Source: the human T2T-CHM13v2.0 reference genome, Homo sapiens
Assembly (NCBI RefSeq): GCF_009914755.1
Contig: NC_060936.1
Strand: one strand, 5' to 3'
DNA: 64,000 nt
Part shown: positions 41,401-54,005 of the stretch, piece by piece
How the letters are laid out: each line of letters begins with the position of its first letter
How positions within the stretch are numbered: position 1 is the stretch's first letter
Notes under the pieces: model-generated
Told to the model about the DNA's origin: nothing
The model's database searches: none
What the model saw: only the letters and a program-made list of their open reading frames with translations
Program-made: the position numbers and the translations under genes

Positions 41401-44400
41401 AATAGAGGCAACACAAAGAACTTACTCAGTATTCTTCTTTCTAGCGTTCTATGAAGAAATCCCGTTTCCAACGAAGGCCTCAAAGAGGTCAAATATCTGC
41501 TTGCAGACTTTACAGACAGAGTGTTTCCAAACTACTCTATGAAAAGAAAGCTTAAACTCCTTGAGTTGAACGCACACATCACAAAGTAGTTTCTGAGAAT
41601 GATTCTGTCTAGTTTTTATACGAAGATGTTTCCCTTTCTACATTTGGTCTCAAAGCGATTGAAATCTCCAACTGGAAACTGCACAAATAGGCTGTTTCAA
41701 ATCTGCTCTGTCTAAAGGAAGGTTCAACTCTGTGAGTTGAATACACACACCACAAATAAGTTACTGAGAATTCTTCTGTCGAACATTACAGGAAGAAATC
41801 CCGTTTCCAACGAAGGCCTCAAAGAGGTCCAAATATCCACTTGCAGACATTACAAACAGTGTGTTTCCCAACTGCTCCATCAAAAGAAAGGTTAAACTCT
41901 GTGAGCTGAACACACACATCAAAAAGAAGTTTCTGTGAATGATTCTGTCTAGATTTTATAAGAAGATGTTTCCTTTTCTACCGTAGGCCTCAAAGCGCTT
42001 GAAATCTCCAGCTGCAAATTCCACAAAAAGGGTGTTTAATATCTGCTCTTCTAAAGGAAAGTTCAACTCTATGAGTTGAATACACACAGCACAAAGAAGT
42101 TACTGAGACTTCTCCTATCAAACATTATATGAAGAAATCCCGTTTCCAACGAAGGCCTCAAAGAGGTCCAAATATCTGCTTGCAGACTTTACAGACAGTG
42201 TGTTTCCAAACTGCTCCATCAAAAGAAAGGTTAAACTCCTTGAGTTGAACACACACATCACAAAGTAGTTTCTGTGAATGATTCTGTCTAGTTTTTATAC
42301 GAAGATGTTTGCTTTTCTACCTTTGGCCTCAAAGCGATTGAAATCTCCACATGGAAACTCCACAAAAAGAGTGTTTCAAATCTGCTCTTTCTGAAGGAAG
42401 GTTCAACTCTGTGAGTTGAATACACACACCACAAATAAGTTACTGAGAATTCTTCTGTGTAACATTATATGAGGAAATCCCGTTTCCAACGAAGGCCTCA
42501 AAGAGGTCCAAATATCCACTTGCAGACTTTACAAAGACAGTGTCTCCAAACTCCTCCATCAAAAGAAAGGTTAGACTCTGTGAATTGAACGCACACATCA
42601 CAAAGTAGTTTCTGAGAATGATTCTGTCTAGTTTTTATACGAAGATATTTCCTTTTCTACATTTGGCCTAAAAGCGCTTGAAATCTCCACCTGCAAATAT
42701 CACAAAAAGAGGGTTTCACATCTGCTCTGTCTAAAGGACAGTTCACCTCTGTGAGTTGAATAGAGGCAACACAAAGAACTTACTCAGTATTCTTCTTTCT
42801 AGCATTCTATGAAGAAATCCCATTTCCAACGAAGGCCCCAAAGAGGTCCAAATATCTGCCTGCAGACTTTACAGACAGAGTTTTTCCAAACTGCTCCATC
42901 AAAAGAAAGGTTAAACTCCTTGAGTTGAACACACACATCACAAAGTAGTTTCTGTGAATGATTCTGTCTAGTTTTTATACGAAGATGTTTCCTTTTCTAC
43001 CTTTGGTCTCAAAGCGATTGAAATCTCCACATGGAAACTCCACAAAAAGAGTGTTTCAAATCTGCTCTTTCTGAAGGAAGGTTCAACTCTGTGAGTTGAA
43101 TACACACACCACAAATAAGTTACTGAGAATTCTTCTGTGTAACATTATATGAGGAAATCCCGTTTCCAACGAAGGCCTCAAAGAGGTCCAAATATCCACT
43201 TGCAGACTTTACAAAGACAGTGTCTCCAAACTCCTCCATCAAAAGACAGGTTATACTCTGTGAATTGAACGCACACATCACAAAGTAGTTTCTGAGAATG
43301 ATTCTGTCTAGTTTTTATACGAAGATATTTCCTTTTCTACATTTGGCCTAAAAGCGCTTGAAATCTCCACCTGCAAATATCACAAAAAGAGGGTTTCACA
43401 TCTGCTCTGTCTAAAGGACAGTTCACCTCTGTGAGTTGAATAGAGGCAACACAAAGAACTTACTCAGTATTCTTCTTTCTAGCGTTCTATGAAGAAATCC
43501 CGTTTCCAACGAAGGCCTCAAAGAGGTCAAATATCTGCTTGCAGACTTTACAGACAGAGTGTTTCCAAACTACTCTATGAAAAGAAAGCTTAAACTCCTT
43601 GAGTTGAACGCACACATCACAAAGTAGTTTCTGAGAATGATTCTGTCTAGTTTTTATACGAAGATGTTCCCTTTTCTACATTTGGTCTCAAAGCGATTGA
43701 AATCTCCAACTGGAAACTCCACAAATAGGCTGTTTCAAATCTGCTCTGTCTAAAGGAAGGTTCAACTCTGTGAGTTGAATACACACACCACAAATAAGTT
43801 ACTGAGAATTCTTCTGTCGAACATTACTTGAAGAAATCCCGTTTCCAACGAAGGCCTCAAAGAGGTCCAAATATCCACTTGCAGACATTACAAACAGAGT
43901 GTTTCCAAACTGCTCCATCAAAAGAAAGGTTAAACTCTGTGAGCTGAACACACACATCAAAAATAAGTTTCTGTGAATGATTCTGTCTAGATTTTATAAG
44001 AAGATGTTTCCTTTTCTACCGTAGGCCTCAAAGCGCTTGAAATCTCCAGCTGCAAATTCCACAAAAAGGGTGTTTAACATCTGCTCTTCTAAAGGAAAGT
44101 TCAACTCTATGAGTTGAATACACACAGCACAAAGAAGTTACTGAGACTTCTCCTATCAAACATTATATGAAGAAATCCCGTTTCCAACGAAGGCCTCAAA
44201 GAGGTCCAAATATCTGCTTGCAGACTTTACAGACAGAGTGTTTCCAAACTGCTCCATCAAAAGAAAGGTTAAACTCCTTGAGTTGAACACACACATCACA
44301 AAGTAGTTTCTGTGAATGATTCTGTCTAGTTTTTATACGAAGATGTTTCCTTTTCTACCTTTGGTCTCAAAGCGATTGAAATCTCCACATGGAAACTCAA

Positions 44401-47400
44401 CAAAAAGAGTGTTTCAAATCTGCTCTCTCTGAAGGAAGGTTCAACTCTGTGAGTTGAATACAGACACCACAAATAAGTTACTGAGAATTCTTCTGTGTAA
44501 CATTATATGAGGAAATCCCGTTTCCAACGAAGGCCTCAAAGAGGTCCAAATATCCACTTGCAGACTTTACAAAGACAGTGTCTCCAAACTCCTCCATCAA
44601 AAGAAAGGTTATACTCTGTGAATTGAACGCACACATCACAAAGTAGTTTCTGAGAATGATTCTGTCTAGTTTTTATACGAAGATATTTCCTTTTCTACAT
44701 TTGGCCTAAAAGCGCTTGAAATCTCCACCTGCAAATATCACAAAAAGAGGGTTTCACATCTGCTCTGTCTAAAGGACAGTTCACCTCTGTGAGTTGAATA
44801 GAGGCAACACAAAGAACTTACTCAGTATTCTTCTTTCTAGCGTTCTATGAAGAAATCCCGTTTCCAACGAAGGCCTCAAAGAGGTCAAATATCTGCTTGC
44901 AGACTTTACAGACAGAGTGTTTCCAAACTACTCTATGAAAAGAAAGCTTAAACTCCTTGAGTTGAACGCACACATCACAAAGTAGTTTCTGAGAATGATT
45001 CTGTCTAGTTTTTATACGAAGATGTTTCCTTTTCTACATTTGGTCTCAAAGCGATTGAAATCTCCAACTGGAAACTGCACAAATAGGCTGTTTCAAATCT
45101 GCTCTGTCTAAAGGAAGGTTCAGCTCTGTGAGTTGAATACACACACCACAAATAAGTTACTGAGAATTCTTCTGTCGAACATTACAGGAAGAAATCCCGT
45201 TTCCAACGACGGCCTCAAAGAGGTCCAAATATCCACTTGCGGACATTACAAACAGTGTGTTTCCCAACTGCTCCATCAAAAGAAAGGTTAAACTCTGTGA
45301 GCTGAACACACACATCAAAAAGAAGTTTCTGTGAATGATTCTGTCTAGATTTTATAAGAAGATGTTTCCTTTTCTACCGTAGGCCTCAAAGCGCTTGAAA
45401 TCTCCAGCGGCAAATTCCACAAAAAGGGTGTTTAACATCTGCTCTTCTAAAGGAAAGTTCAACTCTATGAGTTGAATACACACAGCACAAAGAAGTTACT
45501 GAGACTTCTCCTATCAAACATTATATGAAGAAATCCCGTTTCCAACGAAGGCCTCAAAGAGGTCCAAATATCTGCTTGCAGACTTTACAGACAGAGTGTT
45601 TCCAAACTGCTCCATCAAAAGAAAGGTTAAACTCCCTGAGTTGAACACACACATCACAAAGTAGTTTCTGTGAATGTTTCTGTCTAGTTTTTATACGAAG
45701 ATGTTTCCTTTTCTACCTTTGGTCTCAAAGCGATTGAAATCTCCACATGGAAACTCCACAAAAAGAGTGTTTCAAATCTGCTCTTTCTGAAGGAAGGTTC
45801 AACTCTGTGAGTTGAATACACACACCACAAATAAGTTACTGAGAATTCTTCTGTGTAACATTATATGAGGAAATCCCGTTTCCAACGAAGGCCTCAAAGA
45901 GGTCCAAATATCCACTTGCAGACTTTACAAAGACAGTGTCTCCAAACTCCTCCATCAAAAGAAAGGTTATACTCTGTGAATTGAACGCACACATCACAAA
46001 GTAGTTTCTGAGAATGATTCTGTCTAGTTTTTATACGAAGATATTTCCTTTTCTACATTTGGCCTAAAAGCGCTTGAAATCTCCACCTGCAAATATCACA
46101 AAAAGAGGGTTTCACATCTGCTCTGTCTAAAGGACAGTTCACCTCTGTGAGTTGAATAGAGGCAACACAAAGAACTTACTCAGTATTCTTCTTTCTAGCA
46201 TTCTATGAAGAAATCCCGTTTCCAACGAAGGCCCCAAAGAGGTCCAAATATCTGCTTGCAGACTTTACAGACAGAGTTTTTCCAAACTGCTCCATCAAAA
46301 GAAAGGTTAAACTCCTTGAGTTGAACACACACATCACAAAGTAGTTTCTGTGAATGATTCTGTCTAGTTTTTATAGGAAGATGTTTCCTTTTCTACCTTT
46401 GGTCTCAAAGCGATTGAAATCTCCACATGGAAACTCCACAAAAAGAGTGTTTCAAATCTGCTCTTTCTGAAGGAAGGTTCAACTCTGTGAGTTGAATACA
46501 CACACCACAAATAAGTTACTGAGAATTCTTCTGTGTAACATTATATGAGGAAATCCCGTTTCCAACGAAGGCCTCAAAGAGGTCCAAATATCCACTTGCA
46601 GACTTTACAAAGACAGTGTCTCCAAACTCCTCCATCAAAAGAAAGGTTATACTCTGTGAATTGAACGCACACATCACAAAATAGTTTCTGAGAATGATTC
46701 TGTCTAGTTTTTATACGAAGATATTTCCTTTTCTACATTTGGCCTAAAAGCGCTTGAAATCTCCACCTGCAAATATCACAAAAAGAGGGTTTCACATCTG
46801 CTCTGTCTAAAGGACAGTTCACCTCTGTGAGTTGAATAGAGGCAACACAAAGAACTTACTCAGTATTCTTCTTTCCAGCGTTCTATGAAGAAATCCCGTT
46901 TCCAACGAAGGCCTCAAAGAGGTCAAATATCTGCTTGCAGACTTTACAGACAGAGTGTTTCCAAACTACTCTATGAAAAGAAAGCTTAAACTCCTTGAGT
47001 TGAACGCACACATCACAAAGTAGTTTCTGAGAATGATTCTGTCTAGTTTTTATACGAAGATGTTTCCCTTTCTACATTTGGTCTCAAAGCGATTGAAATC
47101 TCCAACTGGAAACTGCACAAATAGGCTGTTTCAAATCTGCTCTGTCTAAAGGAAGGTTCAACTCTGTGAGTTGAATACACACACCACAAATAAGTTACTG
47201 AGAATTCTTCTGTCGAACATTAGAGGAAGAAATCCCGTTTCCAACGAAGGCCTCAAAGAGGTCCAAATATCCACTTGCAGACATTACAAACAGTGTGTTT
47301 CCCAACTGCTCCATCAAAAGAAAGGTTAAACTCTGTGAGCTGAACACACACATCAAAAAGAAGTTTCTGTGAATGATTCTGTCTAGATTTTATAAGAAGA

Positions 47401-48912
47401 TGTTTCCTTTTCTACCGTAGGCCTCAAAGCGCTTGAAATCTCCAGCTGCAAATTACACAAAAAGGGTGTTTAACATCTGCTCTTCTAAAGGAAAGTTCAA
47501 CTCTGTGAGTTGAATACACACAGCACAAAGAAGTTACTGAGACTTCTCCTATCAAACATTATATGAAGAAATCCCGTTTCCAACGAAGGCCTCAAAGAGG
47601 TCCAAATATCTGCTTGCAGACTTTACAGACAGTGTGTTTCCAAACTGCTCCATCAAAAGAAAGGTTAAACTCCTTGAGTTGAACACACACATCACAAAGT
47701 AGTTTCTGTGAATGATTCTGTCTAGTTTTTATACGAAGACGTTTACTTTTCTACCTTTGGTCTCAAAGCGATTGAAATCTCCACATGGAAACTCCACAAA
47801 AAGAGTGTTTCAAATCTGCTCTTTCTGAAGGAAGGTTCAACTCTGTGAGTTGAATACACACACCACAAATAAGTTACTGAGAATTCTTCTGTGTAACATT
47901 ATATGAGGAAATCCCGTTTCCAACGAAGGCCTTAAAGAGGTCCAAATATCCACTTGCAGACTTTACAAAGACAGTGTCTCCAAACTCCTCCATCAAAAGA
48001 AAGGTTATACTCTGTGAATTGAACGCACACATCACAAAGTAGTTTCTGAGAATGATTCTGTCTAGTTTTTATACGAAGATATTTCCTTTTCTACATTTGG
48101 CCTAAAAGCGCTTGAAATCTCCACCTGCAAATATCACAAAAAGAGGGTTTCACATCTGCTCTGTCTAAAGGACAGTTCACCTCTGTGAGTTGAATAGAGG
48201 CAACACAAAGAACTTACTCAGTATTCTTCTTTCTAGCATTCTGTGAAGAAATCCCGTTTCCAACGAAGGCCCCAAAGAGGTCCAAATATCTGCTTGCAGA
48301 CTTTACAGACAGAGTTTTTCCAAACTGCTCCATCAAAAGAAAGGTTAAACTCCTTGAGTTGAACACACACATCACAAAGTAGTTTCTGTGAATGATTCTG
48401 TCTAGTTTTTATACGAAGATGTTTCCTTTTCTACCTTTGGTCTCAAAGCGATTGAAATCTCCACATGGAAACTCCACAAAAAGAGTGTTTCAAATCTGCT
48501 CTTTCTGAAGGAAGGTTCAACTCTGTGAGTTGAATACACACACCACAAATAAGTTACTGAGAATTCTTCTGTGTAACATTATATGAGGAAATCCCGTTTC
48601 CAACGAAGGCCTCAAAGAGGTCCAAATATCCACTTGCAGACTTTACAAAGACAGTGTCTCCAAACTCCTCCATCAAAAGAAAGGTTATACTCTGTGAATT
48701 GAACGCACACATCACAAAGTAGTTTCTGAGAATGATTCTGTCTAGTTTTTATACGAAGATATTTCCTTTTCTACATTTGGCCTAAAAGCGCTTGAAATCT
48801 CCACCTGCAAATATCACAAAAAGAGGGTTTCACATCTGCTCTGTCTAAAGGACAGTTCACCTCTGTGAGTTGAATAGAGGCAACACAAAGAACTTACTCA
48901 GTATTCTTCTTT

Positions 48913-51289
48913 CTAGCGTTCTATGAAGAAATCCCGTTTCCAACGAAGGCCTCAAAGAGGTCAAATATCTGCTTGCAGACTTTACAGACAGAGTGTTTCC
49001 AAACTACTCTATGAAAAGAAAGCTTAAACTCCTTGAGTTGAACGCACACATCACAAAGTAGTTTCTGAGAATGATTCTGTCTAGTTTTTATACGAAGATG
49101 TTTCCCTTTCTACATTTGGTCTCAAAGCGATTGAAATCTCCAACTGGAAACTGCACAAATAGGCTGTTTCAAATCTGCTCTGTCTAAAGGAAGGTTCAAC
49201 TCTGTGAGTTGAATACACACACCACAAATAAGTTACTGAGAATTCTTCTGTCGAACATTACAGGAAGAAATCCCGTTTCCAACGAAGGCCTCAAAGAGGT
49301 CCAAATATCCACTTGCAGACATTACAAACAGTGTGTTTCCCAACTGCTCCATCAAAAGAAAGGTTAAACTCTGTGAGCTGAACACACACATCAAAAAGAA
49401 GTTTCTGTGAATGATTCTGTCTAGATTTTATAAGAAGATGTTTCCTTTTCTACCGTAGGCCTCAAAGCGCTTGAAATCTCCAGCTGCAAATTACACAAAA
49501 AGGGTGTTTAACATCTGCTCTTCTAAAGGAAAGTTCAACTCTATGAGTTGATTACACACAGCACAAAGAAGTTACTGAGACTTCTCCTATCAAACATTAT
49601 ATGAAGAAATCCCGTTTCCAACGAAGGCCTCAAAGAGGTCCAAATATCTGCTTGCAGACTTTACAGACAGTGTGTTTCCAAACTGCTCCATCAAAAGAAA
49701 GGTTAAACTCCTTGAGTTGAACACACACATCACAAAGTAGTTTCTGTGAATGATTCTGTCTAGTTTTTATACGAAGATGTTTGCTTTTCTACCTTTGGCC
49801 TCAAAGCGATTGAAATCTCCACATGGAAACTCCACAAAAAGAGTGTTTCAAATCTGCTCTTTCTGAAGGAAGGTTCAACTCTGTGAGTTGAATACACACA
49901 CCACAAATAAGTTACTGAGAATTCTTCTGTGTAACATTATATGAGGAAATCCCGTTTCCAACGAAGGCCTCAAAGAGGTCCAAATATCCACTTGCAGACT
50001 TTACAAAGACAGTGTCTCCAAACTCCTCCATCAAAAGAAAGGTTATACTCTGTGAATTGAACGCACACATCACAAAGTAGTTTCTGAGAATGATTCTGTC
50101 TAGTTTTTATACGAAGATGTTTCCTTTTCTACATTTGGTCTCAAAGCGATTGAAATCTCCAACTGGAAACTGCACAAATAGGCTGTTTCAAATCTGCTCT
50201 GTCTAAAGGAAGGTTCAGCTCTGTGAGTTGAATACACACACCACAAATAAGTTACTGAGAATTCTTCTGTCGAACATTACTTGAAGAAATCCCGTTTCCA
50301 ACGAAGGCCTCAAAGAGGTCCAAATATCCACTTGCAGACATTACAAACAGAGTGTTTCCAAACTGCTCCATCAAAAGAAAGGTTAAACTCTGTGAGCTGA
50401 ACACACACATCAAAAAGAAGTTTCTGTGAATGATTCTGTCTAGATTTTATAAGAAGATGTTTCCTTTTCTACCGTAGGCCTCAAAGCGCTTGAAATCTCC
50501 AGCTGCAAATTCCACAAAAAGGGTGTTTAACATCTGCTCTTCTAAAGGAAAGTTCAACTCTATGAGTTGAATACACACAGCACAAAGAAGTTACTGAGAC
50601 TTCTCCTATCAAACATTATATGAAGAAATCCCGTTTCCAACGAAGGCCTCAAAGAGGTCCAAATATCTGCTTGCAGACTTTACAGACAGAGTGTTTCCAA
50701 ACTGCTCCATCAAAAGAAAGGTTAAACTCCTTGAGTTGAACACACACATCACAAAGTAGTTTCTGTGAATGATTCTGTCTAGTTTTTATACGAAGATGTT
50801 TCCTTTTCTACCTTTGGTCTCAAAGCGATTGAACTCTCCACATGGAAACTCCACCAAAAGAGTGTTTCAAATCTGCTCTCTCTGAAGGAAGGTTCAACTC
50901 TGTGAGTTGAATACAGACACCACAAATAAGTTACTGAGAATTCTTCTGTGTAACATTATATGAGGAAATCCCGTTTCCAACGAAGGCCTCAAAGAGGTCC
51001 AAATATCCACTTGCAGACTTTACAAAGACAGTGTCTCCAAACTCCTCCATCAAAAGAAAGGTTATACTCTGTGAATTGAACGCACACATCACAAAGTAGT
51101 TTCTGAGAATGATTCTGTCTAGTTTTTATACGAAGATATTTCCTTTTCTACATTTGGCCTAAAAGCGCTTGAAATCTCCACCTGCAAATATCACAAAAAG
51201 AGGGTTTCACATCTGCTCTGTCTAAAGGACAGTTCACCTCTGTGAGTTGAATAGAGGCAACACAAAGAACTTACTCAGTATTCTTCTTT
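48913..51289 (-). repeat. 14-mer variant A-B-C-[D/A hybrid]-B-C-D
   Basis: The dimer at ~49931-50270 starts with D markers (GGTTATACTC at 50041) and ends with A markers (CCAACTGGAAACTGC at ~50159, CTGTCGAAC). Confidence 0.88.
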
Positions 51290-54005
51290 CTAGCGTTCTA
51301 TGAAGAAATCCCGTTTCCAACGAAGGCCTCAAAGAGGTCAAATATCTGCTTGCAGACTTTACAGACAGAGTGTTTCCAAACTACTCTATGAAAAGAAAGC
51401 TTAAACTCCTTGAGTTGAACGCACACATCACAAAGTAGTTTCTGAGAATGATTCTGTCTAGTTTTTATACGAAGATGTTTCCTTTTCTACATTTGGTCTC
51501 AAAGCGATTGAAATCTCCAACTGGAAACTGCACAAATAGGCTGTTTCAAATCTGCTCTGTCTAAAGGAAGGTTCAGCTCTGTGAGTTGAATACACACACC
51601 ACAAATAAGTTACTGAGAATTCTTCTGTCGAACATTACAGGAAGAAATCCCGTTTCCAACGAAGGCCTCAAAGAGGTCCAAATATCCACTTGCGGACATT
51701 ACAAACAGTGTGTTTCCCAACTGCTCCATCAAAAGAAAGGTTAAACTCTGTGAGCTGAACACACACATCAAAAAGAAGTTTCTGTGAATGATTCTGTCTA
51801 GATTTTATAAGAAGATGTTTCCTTTTCTACCGTAGGCCTCAAAGCGCTTGAAATCTCCAGCTGCAAATTCCACAAAAAGGGTGTTTAACATCTGCTCTTC
51901 TAAAGGAAAGTTCAACTCTATGAGTTGAATACACACAGCACAAAGAAGTTACTGAGACTTCTCCTATCAAACATTATATGAAGAAATCCCGTTTCCAACG
52001 AAGGCCTCAAAGAGGTCCAAATATCTGCTTGCAGACTTTACAGACAGAGTGTTTCCAAACTGCTCCATCAAAAGAAAGGTTAAACTCCTTGAGTTGAACA
52101 CACACATCACAAAGTAGTTTCTGTGAATGATTCTGTCTAGTTTTTATACGAAGATGTTTCCTTTTCTACCTTTGGTCTCAAAGCGATTGAAATCTCCACA
52201 TGGAAACTCCACAAAAAGAGTGTTTCAAATCTGCTCTTTCTGAAGGAAGGTTCAACTCTGTGAGTTGAATACACACACCACAAATAAGTTACTGAGAATT
52301 CTTCTGTGTAACATTATATGAGGAAATCCCGTTTCCAACGAAGGCCTCAAAGAGGTCCAAATATCCACTTGCAGACTTTACAAAGACAGTGTCTCCAAAC
52401 TCCTCCATCAAAAGAAAGGTTATACTCTGTGAATTGAACGCACACATCACAAAGTAGTTTCTGAGAATGATTCTGTCTAGTTTTTATACGAAGATATTTC
52501 CTTTTCTACATTTGGCCTAAAAGCGCTTGAAATCTCCACCTGCAAATATCACAAAAAGAGGGTTTCACATCTGCTCTGTCTAAAGGACAGTTCACCTCTG
52601 TGAGTTGAATAGAGGCAACACAAAGAACTTACTCAGTATTCTTCTTTCTAGCGTTCTATGAAGAAATCCCGTTTCCAACGAAGGCCTCAAAGAGGTCAAA
52701 TATCTGCTTGCAGACTTTACAGACAGAGTGTTTCCAAACTACTCTATGAAAAGAAAGCTTAAACTCCTTGAGTTGAACGCACACATCACAAAGTAGTTTC
52801 TGAGAATGATTCTGTCTAGTTTTTATACGAAGATGTTTCCTTTTCTACATTTGGTCTCAAAGCGATTGAAATCTCCAACTGGAAACTGCACAAATAGGCT
52901 GTTTCAAATCTGCTCTGTCTAAAGGAAGGTTCAACTCTGTGAGTTGAATGCACACACCACAAATAAGTTACTGAGAATTCTTCTGTCGAACATTACTTGA
53001 AGAAATCCCGTTTCCAACGAAGGCCTCAAAGAGGTCCAAATATCCACTTGCAGACATTACAAACAGAGTGTTTCCAAACTGCTCCATCAAAAGAAAGGTT
53101 AAACTCTGTGAGCTGAACACACACATCAAAAAGAAGTTTCTGTGAATGATTCTGTCTAGATTTTATAAGAAGATGTTTCCTTTTCTACGGTAGGCCTCAA
53201 AGCGCTTGAAATCTCCAGCTGCAAATTCCACAAAAAGGGTGTTTAACATCTGCTCTTCTAAAGGAAAGTTCAACTCTATGAGTTGAATACACACAGCACA
53301 AAGAAGTTACTGAGACTTCTCCTATCAAACATTATATGAAGAAATCCCGTTTCCAACGAAGGCCTCAAAGAGGTCCAAATATCTGCTTGCAGACTTTACA
53401 GACAGAGTGTTTCCAAACTGCTCCATCAAAAGAAAGGTTAAACTCCTTGAGTTGAACACACACATCACAAAGTAGTTTCTGTGAATGATTCTGTCTAGTT
53501 TTTATACGAAGATGTTTCCTTTTCTACCTTTGGTCTCAAAGCGATTGAAATCTCCACATGGAAACTCCACAAAAAGAGTGTTTCAAATCTGCTCTTTCTG
53601 AAGGAAGGTTCAACTCTGTGAGTTGAATACACACACCACAAATAAGTTACTGAGAATTCTTCTGTGTAACATTATATGAGGAAATCCCGTTTCCAACGAA
53701 GGCCTCAAAGAGGTCCAAATATCCACTTGCAGACATTACAAAGACAGTGTCTCCAAACTCCTCCATCAAAAGAAAGGTTATACTCTGTGAATTGAACGCA
53801 CACATCACAAAGTAGTTTCTGAGAATGATTCTGTCTAGTTTTTATACGAAGATATTTCCTTTTCTACATTTGGCCTAAAAGCGCTTGAAATCTCCACCTG
53901 CAAATATCACAAAAAGAGGGTTTCACATCTGCTCTGTCTAAAGGACAGTTCACCTCTGTGAGTTGAATAGAGGCAACACAAAGAACTTACTCAGTATTCT
54001 TCTTT

